A stretch of 64,000 bases of DNA, from NCBI RefSeq assembly GCF_024521635.1, contig NW_026250414.1:1-64000 (forward strand), read 5' to 3'. The stretch comes from Tricharina praecox. Its lineage: Eukaryota. Positions 23,590-34,993 of the stretch are shown piece after piece; the stretch's first letter is position 1, and each line of letters begins with the position of its first letter. The notes beneath the pieces are model-generated. The model was given only the letters and a program-made list of their open reading frames with translations, had not been told where the DNA came from and ran no database searches. Made by a program: the position numbers and the translations under genes.

Positions 23590-25423
23590 ATGGACTCCAG
23601 TAAGTACACCCCACTAGCCCATCCGATAGCTGGTAATCACCAAGTTAATCTCGTCCTCTAGTGGATTACCAACTCGCCCCGCCGATGAGTGGTATCACCA
23701 ACCAGCTAGGTCACATCCCTCAGCCAAACCCTTGTCTCCAGCCGCAGGTAGTAGCTGGTCAAGATCGCGCTCGCCGCAACTCTACTCCCGCTCCGGAGAG
23801 CTGGCGCAAGCGCCGGTTCGACGATTTGTATGACGCCGAGGAAGACGAGTCCTCTTCCCCGTACGTCCGATCCAAGCCTATAGAGTACATCGAGAACGAA
23901 GTCCGCCGCGGCTACATCTTCACCAAGCGTACGGCTGCGCTTTTCAAACATGTGCGTAACCCCATGGCGCATTCACCCATGCGAGTGATAACTGCTGACT
24001 GTCTCCCGAGGCAAACGAAATGTCAGTCCTCACCGGCTGTCAGTACATGCTGTGTGTTGTGATGGGCACGCGGATCTACCGTCACACGTCGCCCAAGCTC
24101 ACGCCCATGCTGTTTGGAAAAAAGGCAGAGTGGAATCTCCTGGTAAGTTGAGCCACGATACTCGAGGAATGAGGCTGACCCACCGCCGCTGCAAAGGACA
24201 CCATTGGCGCAGCAGACGGGATCTACCTGGATCTAACGAACGAACACGAGGAGGTTGCACCGGGAGCCAAAACCGAGCCCCCGAACGACAGTCTTCTCGC
24301 TGATAATCCGCCTTTCCCCCCTGGCTATGAAGACCGCGCTGTTGGGGCTCCTGGTGCCGGAGCCTCTGGTTTTAGAGCTTCTTGCCCTGATGCCTATGGC
24401 CCTGGTATCTATGGCCCTGGTATCTATGGTCCTGGTACATATGGCCCTGGTGCGTCTGGTCCTGGTGCCTATGGTCCTGGTACCTATGCTACCCCTGCCC
24501 ATGGTCCTGCTGCCTATGGTCCTGGTGCGACTTGCCCTGGTCATTATGGTCCTGCCCCCCATGGTCCTGGTACCTATGGTCCTGCCAGTAACTATGGTCC
24601 TGGTGCTTCTGGTACTGCTGCACATGGTCCTGGTGCGACTGGCCCTGGTGGCACTGGCCCTGGTGCCTATGGTCCTGGTGCTTATGATTCTCGTGCCTCT
24701 GGCCCTGGTGCGTCTGGTCCTGCTGCCTATGGTCCTGGTACCTATGTTCCTGGTGCCTCTGGTACTTTTGCCCCTGGTTGGTCTGGTCCTGGTACCTATG
24801 GTCCTGGTGCTTCTGGTACTGCTGCCCATGGTACTGCTGCCCATGGTCGTGTTGCCTCTGTCCCTGGTGCGACTGGGCCTGGCGCTGCTGTTCCTGATGC
24901 GTCTGCTCCTCGTGCCAGAGCCCCTCGTGCTCCTAGAGCCCCGTCTGTTAAAGCCACTGGTGCCTCTGGCCCTGGTGCCTCTGGCCCTGGTGCGATTGGC
25001 GCTGGTGCGACTGCTCCTCGTACCAGAGCCCCTCGTGCTCCTAAAGCCACCGGTTCTAAAGCCACTGGTTCCAAAGCTACTCGTGCCAGAGCCCCTCGTG
25101 CTCCTAAAGCCACTGGCTCCAAAGCCTCTGGCGTTGGACGCGCCGGTAGTACTGGAGTCTCTGACTCCGACTTTGGACCCGCTGGCAGTGGACCTGCTGG
25201 CAGTAGACCCGCTGTCAGTGGACCCTCCTGGCTCGGACCCATTCAGTCTGGAGGCTCTGACTTTAGCCCCGCTGGTACTGCTGGAGCCCGTGACTTTGGA
25301 CCCGCTGATAGTGGACCCTCTTGGCTTGGAACCCTTCCGACTGGACGCTCGGGCGTTGCACCCCCTGGTACTGGAGGCTGGATCCCAAATCCGAGTGATA
25401 AAGGCTCTGAGGGTGGACTCTAG
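23590..25423 (+). CDS. Divergent SRF/Mcm1-type MADS-box protein with silk-like (GPGxY)n low-complexity tail; join(23590..23599,23662..23951,24011..24142,24197..25423), 552 aa
   Basis: Spliced frame gives RSKPIEYIENEVRRGYIFTKRTAALFKHANEMSVLTGCQYMLCVVMGTRIYRHTSPKL, which aligns by eye to the Mcm1 MADS box. The last exon is open for 408 sense codons with YGPGI/YGPGT/SGPGA pentapeptides. Introns 2 and 3 use the less common GAG and AAG acceptors, each behind a CTGAC branch site. Confidence 0.8.
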
Positions 25424-26080
25424 CTACATAGCTTCTGAGATCAAAATGCGATGATCCGTCACTTTCTGTCGCCTAAAAATAAATGTGCATTCAAATTACG
25501 ACTTGGGCGGACTATTCTTGTGCTGTCCTCCATTTCATAGTTGTGACTCAGAAAGTACCAACACTGCTCAGTTCAAGGTACCTCACGACAAGATATAGCA
25601 GGACTTGGTTGAAAAAAGTGACGCCGTTCAGTCTGTAACCGCGTGATATCGCATGATTTGTGTAGCACGTGATACTAACATCTGGCATCCGAATGCGGCC
25701 GAGTCAAGTCAGTTCCGCAAACGGTTGATCCGCTCTAATATGTTTTGGAGCCTGTGGGATAGCTTACAAATACAGCAGTTGCTCGCAGATGTTCCGTTCG
25801 GCCGAAGCTGGCAAGGCATTTGTAAGTAAGTACACTTAAAACGTCTCGGGATTAAGTCGGCGATAGCGGAGCTCGAGTCGGCCTCAGCGTGGGTTCAGTG
25901 GAGCGCTTCGGGCGAGCAACGCCGGGCGAGTAGATATAAACTCTACTGCTTTTCTACTGAGAAAGAGAAGATCACCTCGATCCCTACATCCACACGCACT
26001 CCGATCCAGCCCGCTGCCCAACCCATCACACCCACGCACCACCCCACACTTCAACTCCACCTACCCAAACCCCCACCACA

Positions 26081-26968
26081 ATGGTGCACATCGCCATCGC
26101 CGGTGCCTCCAGCGGCCTGGGCGACTCCATATCCCGCGCCGTCCTCTCCAATCCCGACAACAAGCTCACAGTTCTCACTCGGGGCCGGCAACCCCAGCTC
26201 ACCTCCCTCGGCGCCAACGTCATGGTGGTCGACTACACCTCGATGCCCTCGCTGACCGCGGCGCTCAGCGGCGTGCACACGCTGATCTCGTGCGTGTGGG
26301 CTCCGGGCAGCAACCTCGCTGTCACACAGTCGCTGCTTGCGGCCTGCAAAGCCGCCGGCGTAAAGCGCTACGCGCCCAGCGAGTTCGCGACGGCCGGGCT
26401 GGCTAATAAGAGCATCGCCTTGTATGCGCAGAAGGATGATGTGTGGAAGCTGGTCCGGGAGAGTGGCCTCGAGTACACCGCGTTCCGCCTGGGTGTGTTC
26501 ATGAACTACCTCAGTGCTGGCGCACCGGGGGCGGAGCAGCAGGCGCTGAAGTTGTTTCCCGTCGTGGTGGATGTGAAGGCGCGCACGGCGACGATTCCGG
26601 GGACCGGAGAGGATAGGGTCAGTTTCACGGCTATCGAGGATGTGGGACGGTTTGTGGAGGCGGCGTGTCAGCTGGAGAAGTGGGGGGTGGAGAGTACTAT
26701 GTTCGGTGAGACGTGGAGTTATAAGGAGGTTGTGAAGCTGGCTGAGGAGGTCACTGGGGAGACGTTTGATGTGAAGTATCTATCTAGGGAGGAGATCAGC
26801 GGCAGGATTGAGGAGAAGAAGGATGACGTGATGGGGAAGTTCTACGAGGAGGTGCTGGTGGCTATTGTGGATGGTCTTGGTGAGGTCAAGGGGGAGCTGA
26901 ATGAGCTCACCGATGTCAAGCCGATTGGTGTCAAGGCTTTCTTGGAGAAGTGGTGGGGCAAGAAGTAG
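26081..26968 (+). CDS. NmrA-like / isoflavone-reductase-like NAD(P)-binding oxidoreductase
   Basis: IAIAGASSGLG Rossmann motif, AGVKRYAPSEF, GLEYT..G.FMNY, SFTAIEDVGRFV; TATATAAA upstream. Confidence 0.9.
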   Translation: MVHIAIAGASSGLGDSISRAVLSNPDNKLTVLTRGRQPQLTSLGANVMVVDYTSMPSLTAALSGVHTLISCVWAPGSNLAVTQSLLAACKAAGVKRYAPSEFATAGLANKSIALYAQKDDVWKLVRESGLEYTAFRLGVFMNYLSAGAPGAEQQALKLFPVVVDVKARTATIPGTGEDRVSFTAIEDVGRFVEAACQLEKWGVESTMFGETWSYKEVVKLAEEVTGETFDVKYLSREEISGRIEEKKDDVMGKFYEEVLVAIVDGLGEVKGELNELTDVKPIGVKAFLEKWWGKK

Positions 26969-27315
26969 GGACTGAAAGTCTGGATATATGAACATGTAGG
27001 CAGGTCTTCCGCTGGACAATATCATCTACTGTGAATAAGTTAAATTCAAGGACTGGGATCATCGCTGTGAGTCACTGAGTCTGCGAGATTGGAGTAGGGA
27101 AAGTATAATAGCAAGGCTAGGTTCTGGTCGAATCTCCTCACATGAAGTTCTATCTCCTGATGACAAGGCGGCCTTCCCAGTGACGGCGTATCGCACGTGT
27201 CTTCCACCACCACGTACACTGTATCATGAAAGTAGGGGCATACTCGCGAATCTATACCTCGTTAAGTCACAAGTATGCTTGGATAATAAAGCTTACATAC
27301 AAATACCAGTATTAA

Positions 27316-27388
27316 GCTCTCGTAGCTCAGGGGTTAGAGCGGTCGATTGCAGATCGACAGGTCCCTCGTTCAAATCGGGGTGAGAGCT
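27316..27388 (+). tRNA. tRNA-Cys(GCA), intronless
   Basis: Acceptor stem GCTCTCG/TGAGAGC, D arm TAGCTCAG..AGAGC, anticodon stem GTCGA-TTGCAGA-TCGAC, T loop GTTCAAATC, U73 discriminator, downstream T5. Confidence 0.95.
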
Positions 27389-27515
27389 TAAATTTTTGGA
27401 TTTTCCAGTGATCACATCTGGACAACGGAAACCGAAATTTCTTACATGCGTGATTATGGCTTTACAAGTCATCATGCTTCGCTCATTCTTTTACAGTAAT
27501 ATTAAGGCCTCTTCT

Positions 27516-28310
27516 CTACTTGAAGTCAGGCATCCGTCCCAATCCTCCGATGTCTGCCTTTGACGCCTCCCTTCCCTTCCTGACTTCCACATGATTCCTG
27601 ATCATCTTCAAAACCCCACTATCCCTCCATCTCCTCGGCGGAGGCCTATACGGCTCCCTATTCCTCCCTATTGTCTGTGCCCACTCGCCCGGCGCCTGCC
27701 CGCCAAACTCCGTAACACCAGCCTCCTTCTTTTCAATTTCGCCTGCCTTCCCACTCTTCTCATCCTTCACAGTAGGACTGGCATCATCTGGCCCGGCGCC
27801 CCTCACACCTGCATCCGCGCCGCCCCCAAGCGGCGAGCTGCCCCCCTCCGCGTACTCCACACTCGTCGGCGGCGCCTGCTGGGTAGCCCAGTAGTAGATA
27901 TCCCAATCATTCTCGTCGAGGAAGCGATCATACTGATCTAGCATGATCCTGTCCATGCCGTTCAGATGTTCGTTCGCGAACGTGCTCAGCAGCAGGTCGG
28001 TCTCAAGGATCCCGCGCTTGCGCGACTGGTACACGAGACGCGCGCGCATCGTTTTGAGGTCTTCGCCTACGCGACGTAAGGGCTCGACCCGGAATTGTCC
28101 CGACAGGATCTCGCCAACGTCGAGTTCGTGCGCGGTGTCGCCGAAGGAGCCGGCGAGGCCGGGGTGGGTTGGGGCGGAGGAGATGGGGTCGCGAGGGGCA
28201 TTGGGGGTGACGGCGGAGGAGGCAGGCGTGGATGGCTTGGAGTTGGAGGCGTAGGTACGGAGCGGGGTTAGCACCCGCGGGCGGAGGAGGTGGGAGAGTG
28301 GGCGGAGCAT
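27516..28310 (-). CDS. SDH5: Succinate dehydrogenase assembly factor 2 (flavinator), mitochondrial
   Basis: [41 protein letters not shown] signature; Arg/Leu/Ser-rich presequence. Confidence 0.95.
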   Translation of the reverse strand: MLRPLSHLLRPRVLTPLRTYASNSKPSTPASSAVTPNAPRDPISSAPTHPGLAGSFGDTAHELDVGEILSGQFRVEPLRRVGEDLKTMRARLVYQSRKRGILETDLLLSTFANEHLNGMDRIMLDQYDRFLDENDWDIYYWATQQAPPTSVEYAEGGSSPLGGGADAGVRGAGPDDASPTVKDEKSGKAGEIEKKEAGVTEFGGQAPGEWAQTIGRNREPYRPPPRRWRDSGVLKMIRNHVEVRKGREASKADIGGLGRMPDFK

Positions 28311-29166
28311 TGTTGTTTTGCCGATGGTAGGGAGGATGGAGGTGGGGTGGAAAGGGCAGTTCGAGATGCCGTCGTGTTCTCGGGAGTCGGCTCGGCTATC
28401 GCGGACTGTGCTAACTATCGCTGGGCCGAGAATGGTGGGCCAAGATCGCTAAATCACGTGCTCCGGGTTTCGCCTCCCTTCAACGTGCTTCGGCACTGCT
28501 CTTCTGGAAGGTACGGATGCGAGGATTCATATCCGTTTGCTGTGTAATTTGAATGCGACCCAACTGGATCATCGCGATACGGAAGGTTCATAAACACTCC
28601 ATTTCATATATATGCGATGCCTATTTTAGACGCCGTGCCGTTTCAGCTTCGCGTGATATCCCATGTCTCGGAACCAGCTTCCCTGCACAGCCACAATAGT
28701 TCGCCGCCAGTAGGCCACCCCTGCCACACTCATCCATTCAGCTCACCGCCATGCCAGCACTGCATGAAGAACCATGCTAAGGCGTTCTACAGATACCCAC
28801 TCAGACATCGAACAGCACACTGCACACGTACTCTTGCTCCCTCTCCCCTTCTGCCCACTCACTCCAACGAAACAACTCCTCCACCAACTCATTCGGTTCG
28901 CTCGTCCCGTCCCCGCGAATCACCTCCCGTCGCTTGAACCCACCCGACCCCCGTTTCAGCAAGCCAGCCAGCCACCGTCGCCTCCTCCTCCCTTGCGCTC
29001 TCGGCTGCGTGGAAACCCGGCGGCATTCACTCGCAGATAGACTCGCTGCAGAGATTGGTGCGACACAGCAGAGTACAAAACTCTGTCGCTTCCCCGCCCA
29101 CCGCAAGGCATAGCTCTCTCCACCTCACACCTACCTTTCCCCACGAACGAACGACGAAAAGAAACC

Positions 29167-30073
29167 ATGTCGTTCAACCAAGTAGCTTACCAGAACCGCG
29201 CGATCCGCTCCATCCAAAATGTACAGCAGTGAAGAAGCGGCCCCCTCCGATCGCCTCGGTCGCAGTCGCTAACATCTCATTCCAGGAGCTCGATTTCCTC
29301 GTCGAAACCGGCGTCCTCACCTCCTCGCAGATGTCGCAGATCCTCAACATCCTCCCGAACCCATCCGGCGTAACCGCTACCTTGCGCGCACAGACTCCCG
29401 CCACGATGGCGCCGGCCCAGTCCGCCACACCCGCCGTCCCGCATATGGGTTTCACACCGCCCATGTCGCCTCCTGCGTCGACCAAAACGCCAGCCCACGA
29501 GAAAGCGATGCAGCCCATCTCCGGCCCCACGCCGCCGCAGCCGCCGCCACCGAGCTACACCGCATCAGCGGGGATCCTGTCGCGCGCCGAGGCGATGTGG
29601 GCGTTCAACGGCTCCGAAGCCGGCGATCTGTCGTTCCAGGCGGGCGAGACGATCGAGGTCATCGAGAAGATCAAGGACGACTGGTGGCGCGGACGGGTCA
29701 TGGGGCAGATTGAGATTGGACTCTTCCCGAGCTCGTATGTGAAGGAGACGCAGGTGCTGGGGAACGGCGCGGGGAAATTGCCGGGTCTGCCGCCGAGGAA
29801 GGAGACGGGATACTCGGCGTACGGACCCGGTGGGAACATGATGACTGATGTCACCCATGGATCTGGGAGTGGGGAGTACCAGAATGAGGAGAAGAAGGGT
29901 GCGCTGGGAAAGAACGGGGAGAAGTTTGGGAAGAAGCTGGGAAATGGTTTGTCATCACCCCCTGAGTTATGCCGCTTAGCGGTCGGCTATCGGTTACTAA
30001 CGCCACCCTTTCAGCTGCGATCTTCGGTGCCGGTGCAACAATCGGCGGCAAGATTGTTAACGGCATTTTCTAA
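29167..30073 (+). CDS. SH3-domain protein of the Lsb1/Pin3 family, two introns
   Basis: Spliced MSFNQVAYQNRAIRSIQN|ELDFL; SH3 AEAMWAF..GDLSF..DDWWRG..GLFPSSYV; C-terminus KFGKKLGNAAIFGAGATIGGKIVNGIF typical of Lsb1/Pin3. Confidence 0.88.
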
Positions 30074-30554
30074 GCGATTGGCGAGAGACGTTGCTTCTGT
30101 ATTGGTTTGTGCGGCTCTTCGGGTTTCTTAGCTTCTTTCTGTGTGCGCTATGCGTTCCTCATGTTTGTATTTTCCAGTCTTTTCTACGATAACGTACGAC
30201 AGTGTGCTGGTTTGCGGTTGCTTATGACGATTGATGTCTTTTTTTTGCGTTCTGAAGACTTTGATATTGATGTGTATATTTCTTACTGTAGAAGTGCCGA
30301 CTGCTAAATCGAGCTTCCATGTGCTTTCGTTTCCATAGCGCTCGTAGCTGCAATGGAGCATGCGCGAAGTCATTTCGAGTGGCACTATGGCAAGGCTTGT
30401 GTGATACAGACCAGCCATATGGACCTGCTGCTCCCCTCCCGCTCCCTCCCCGCTCCACGATACAACGCACCTCACTGCCAGAGTACTCGGATTTTTTGTT
30501 TACTACCACCACAGCACACACGAGTTTTCTTTTCCGTTCCGTTCCTGATTCACG

Positions 30555-32843
30555 ATGAAACCTCTCCCGTCTCTCGTCCTCGTGCATGCACTTTTCTGGT
30601 GCGTCTGTGCACTTCCGGCCAGTCATAGCAACGTTGAGAGAGACCCTGGAGCACCTCTGGGATCGGGCCTAAACGGCGAACTCGTCCAGCAGGATGCGGA
30701 CGGATTGTTGTTCATGAGGGCTGTGGGAAGTGCGCTTGCCAGTGCCCCGTTGGTGAATAGGCGGCAGATGGAGGGTGGGGATGTGGTTGAGATGGACCCG
30801 GCGGTAGGGGCTGTGGCTCAGGGTGATGGGGCAGTACAGACTGTTGTTGAGTCCACTGTCGACGATGGAAACGGAAACGATGAGGACGGAGATGCAAACA
30901 GAGATGAGGACGGCAAGTCTGACGAAGAAAATTCCGACCTACAACCTCCCGCCCAGGCCACCCCAAGCCTGTCTGACAAAGAAAATGCCGACCTGCCACC
31001 TCCCTTAAGCGTTGAACTCGTCGAGCAGGATGCGGAGGGTGGGGGCGTGGCTGAGATGGACCGGGTGGTAGAGGTGGGGGTTCAGGGAGATGGAGCAGTA
31101 CAGGCAGTTGTTGAGTCTACTATCGACGATGGGAACGGGAACGATGAGGACTGGAACTATGAGGTCTGGAACGATGAGGACTGGAACAATGAGGACTGGA
31201 ACGATGAGGACTGGAATTATGAGGTCTGGAACGATGAGGACCGGAACGATGAGGACTGGAACGATGAGGGCGGAGATGCAAACAGCGATCCGGACGACAA
31301 GTCTGACGAAGACGACTCCGACCTGCCACCTCCCTCCCAGCCCACTCCAAACGAGCTTCCTCTCTGGACACCCGATGTAATCGCCACGACTCTGATCCTG
31401 ATCCCCGTAGTTCTCGCCATCACCATAATCATCATCCTCTTCTTGTTTCTGCTTCTGCACTGTTGTACCCCTCGCAAGATCGCCCACGTCACGCACAGCA
31501 CCTACACTCGGCAATACCTAGGTCGACAACCTGGCGGCAACGATGCACCAATGGATCCCGAAGGAATGCTTGCAGCGGCGAATGTGCCCGAGATCACTCC
31601 TCCGCCGCCCAGCGCAGCCGCACCCTCCTCCTCCTCCGCCCAACCGGAAACTACCAGACCCGGCGGCAGCAGCCCCAGTAGCGCCCTCTACATCCCGCAC
31701 TATCCGCGGCGCCACTTCGACCCGACGGATCTCGACGGCACCGTTGCCCCAACAAAGTGGCACCACGGGCTCCTCGACCTTGGCGGCGGCGTGTCACCAC
31801 GCCCAGGCAGCTTCTTTCGCACCTTCATTCCCTCCTCCCTCCGTAGTGATGCCGAGAGCCCCCCGGGGAACAAGGACCCAACAGCACATAACCTCCGTGA
31901 GGCGACGAGGAGACTCGAAGACGCCGCCACTGTGCACCTCGAGGGTCCATCGGCTTCCCTTGCCACAGGATTGCAGGACTCCTCCTATGGTCGTGAAACG
32001 CTACGGGATCGCAGAAAGGGCATGAGGGACAGCTGGCTGGACAGCATCTTTACCGACCGAGCCCCGGGCACCGAGAACCTCGCTATCCTGAAACAACGCG
32101 ACGGCGTGTTGTGCGGGGCGTCCATAGGCGGTGCTATCGACCCAAACACGATCGTTATCGATTCCACCTCTACTTCCACATCCACATCCACTTCCTCCGC
32201 ACCAAGGAAGCCCATCGCTGCAATCCACACAGCCACGGACAACATCAAGTCCGAAAAACAACCGCTGCGGACATACCGCGTGGCCGAGTATAGCTCTACG
32301 GGTTCGTCGACGGGGTACGAGGCCAGTCAGTCGGATCTCTCAGATGGCAGGGAAAAGGAAAATGTCTCCCCGCCGCCCCCGCCGCCGCCGGTTAAGATAC
32401 AGTTCCAGGCTGTTCCGTCGGGTCAGGTGGTTGGATTATTCGCGGTGAAGGGTGATGTGGATGGAGAGCAACAGGAGCCGGAGCAGGGGTTGGCAGTGGC
32501 TAGTCTGGATGGGCCTGCTGATGTTCATGAGCGGCTGAAGGAGAGGGATGTAAAGGAGGAGGATGGAATGGAAGGCGAGGAGCCAGAGTCAGAGTCAGAG
32601 TTGGCAATGGCTAGCTTGGATGGCGCTGCTGACGTTTACGAGCCGCAGATGGGGGAGGGGGGTGTAAAGGAGGTGGAGGGGGAGGAGACGAAGTTGAAAG
32701 AAGAGGAGAGTGATGTGGAGGCGGAGGAGAAGGATGTGGAGGTCGAGGAGAAGAAAGTGAAGGCGAAGGAGGAGGAGCGGGAGTCGTTGTGGGAGGAGAG
32801 CGAACAGGGAGGAGTTTTGCTTTGTGATGACGTTCAACTATGA
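30555..32843 (+). CDS. Predicted single-pass membrane protein with acidic repeat ectodomain
   Basis: Signal-peptide-like N-terminus, duplicated acidic block with WNDED-type pentapeptides, hydrophobic helix (LILIPVVLAITIIIILFLFLLL) followed by HCC, long low-complexity tail. Confidence 0.8.
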   Translation: MKPLPSLVLVHALFWCVCALPASHSNVERDPGAPLGSGLNGELVQQDADGLLFMRAVGSALASAPLVNRRQMEGGDVVEMDPAVGAVAQGDGAVQTVVESTVDDGNGNDEDGDANRDEDGKSDEENSDLQPPAQATPSLSDKENADLPPPLSVELVEQDAEGGGVAEMDRVVEVGVQGDGAVQAVVESTIDDGNGNDEDWNYEVWNDEDWNNEDWNDEDWNYEVWNDEDRNDEDWNDEGGDANSDPDDKSDEDDSDLPPPSQPTPNELPLWTPDVIATTLILIPVVLAITIIIILFLFLLLHCCTPRKIAHVTHSTYTRQYLGRQPGGNDAPMDPEGMLAAANVPEITPPPPSAAAPSSSSAQPETTRPGGSSPSSALYIPHYPRRHFDPTDLDGTVAPTKWHHGLLDLGGGVSPRPGSFFRTFIPSSLRSDAESPPGNKDPTAHNLREATRRLEDAATVHLEGPSASLATGLQDSSYGRETLRDRRKGMRDSWLDSIFTDRAPGTENLAILKQRDGVLCGASIGGAIDPNTIVIDSTSTSTSTSTSSAPRKPIAAIHTATDNIKSEKQPLRTYRVAEYSSTGSSTGYEASQSDLSDGREKENVSPPPPPPPVKIQFQAVPSGQVVGLFAVKGDVDGEQQEPEQGLAVASLDGPADVHERLKERDVKEEDGMEGEEPESESELAMASLDGAADVYEPQMGEGGVKEVEGEETKLKEEESDVEAEEKDVEVEEKKVKAKEEERESLWEESEQGGVLLCDDVQL

Positions 32844-33096
32844 ACGGATGAAGAGTAAGAGGTGGCTGTATTATAAGACTGACGGGCGGATTATTACTCG
32901 ACTTTGCTTACACTAGGTATCATCCATTATAGCTATGGGGTTGGGTGGGGTTGGATGGTATTGTATTGTAGGTTTCAGATTGTACTTCTAGTTGTTGATG
33001 GATGGGGGGATTGATGAAATGGATTATGGGAGAGAATTCGGTTGTGGCCTCTGTTTTTCGAAGTGAAACTACGGTCTGCTTTGCCAGAAAGTCTAC

Positions 33097-33870
33097 TGAG
33101 GAGCTATTGAGAGTAGATCACACATCAGTTGGCGATCTGAGTCTGACGTCTCATTGACCGTGACGTGGCTTCAAAAGTACCAAGTTCTCTAGAACTACGA
33201 ACACCCATGAATATCAGCTCCATGGCTGCCACTCTCTCCCACCTTTCTACATCCATCTCCCGAAGAACTCAACTTCATCGCAACTACACAATTCAACAAT
33301 TGTAAGTCCCCCCCATCTCCCCTCCGCTCTCCACAACATACACACACACGACCAGACACACAACCCGTCACTCGCATATACTCCATCCAGCTGTATTCGT
33401 TGTTCACGAACTGCGCTCACAGTAGAATAGATGGTTGCACCATCTACTCCCACCGCGCACGGACACCTCCTTCGCGACCGCGCGACTATCAAGGCCGCAG
33501 GCGCCGGTGAAGGTAAGCTGATCCCTCTTCTCTCGCGAGTCGCCACCAATTAATGCATCACTCACTCGATTTGTACAGCTTTCGCCGGGCTTCGACTCGC
33601 GGAAGCGGACTCGGACCCTTCGCCGCAAGAAGGCCAGCCCCCAGCCAACTTGGGCTGGGGCGAAGGCTACCAAGATGCGGCGGAGCAGGGTACGTTTGTT
33701 AATTCATGCTGCCCTATATTTGTATCTATGTCTCTAACATTACAATACACAGAGAGCCGCCACCATCACCACCACCACCAGCACCGCCACCAGCACCACT
33801 GCCGTTACAAAGAGTCGTCCCAAGGCGATCAAGTACCGAAGGGACCTCTATCGCGCTGGCCGCTGACGGG
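33097..33870 (+). pseudogene. Uninterrupted copy of the small basic-protein gene (probably frameshifted)
   Basis: ATG 33431 MVAPSTPTAHGHLLRDRATIK, two introns, RKRTRTLRRKKASP..GAKATK. A 7-nt insertion in exon 1 relative to the 1460 copy shifts the phase. Confidence 0.55.
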
Positions 33871-34993
33871 AGGACGAGAATCGTCCAGGTCGCCGAGGAT
33901 GCGGAGGTGCGGAGGTGTCTGCGGACGCGGTCTCGGTCGAGATCGTGGTCTCGGCTAAGCAACGGTTCTTGGACTGGATGGTGGTCGCGAGACTGGAAGG
34001 GGAGGGGGAGGGCGAAGGGAAGGGGCAGGGCGAAGGGGAGGATGAGGATGCGGAATAGCGGGCTATTCCTCGGAAATAAAAGTACATTTTTGCAAGTCAG
34101 ACTTCTCGTGAACCGTCCAGACGGACGGACTATTCCCAGCCCTGCTTAGGTAAGTCCTATGTGCATACACGGATCAGCAAGTAGGTCGTAAAAACGAGGG
34201 TTCAACTCGCGGGGTGCTGAGCTAAATGATGCTTTTGTGTCTTGTGGCTTTTTTGGCTTTTATTTCTTACCCGAGTGCGATATTGTGACTGTTTTTATCT
34301 TCTTTTTCTGGCCTTTGCCACGGCTGAGGATTACGCTGTGCTCATGTGTCCATGGTAGCTCACTCGTTTTTTTCGTGCCGGATCTGCTTGGTCGGCCAGC
34401 CACGTGACTGGTACACTCTTGCCGAATACCTATCGCGGTAGTCTAACTACGGTACATACATTGATTGTTGTTACTTACAAAAAACAAAAACCCCCGCCAA
34501 TCGAATAAAAGCCCGCCGGGAACTTTCTGGCTACATACCTGCCTGGCTACTACCGGGTATGCTACATACGCACGAGGACGGGGTCACACTAATTCCCCAG
34601 TACCGGATGATATTGCATGATGGCCGCGTCCGTTCATCTATGGTGTCTCGGGTGTAATGGCGTGTTCGTATTATACTAGATCGGCCATCTGCGAAATCTT
34701 AAATCTGTTTCGGTCGGTCGGGCGGATGGAGGGAAGGATGGCATGCAGGCTCGGATGTCAACGTTACTCGGTATTCGCCACGTTTTTAACCTTGATACCG
34801 AAGGCTGAAGCGAGGTGTTTATAGATTTCACGGGGAACATCGAACACGTGATTGTTTAACATTGTCACGGCACTTTACAAAGGCAACATCTCGAGATCTG
34901 ATCCGAGCGCAAAGATTCAATTCGTTTCAATTCCTCAATCCACCACCTCCGTTTTCCTCCAACCAAAAAGTACATCGCCCGGCCCGCAGGCCA

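Noticed and set aside
24255-25454. 399-aa Leu/Val/Met-rich ORF, and the antisense Thr/Arg-rich ORFs
   Set aside because: Shadow frames of the 15-bp repeat. The GPGxY frame splices in phase to the MADS exons.
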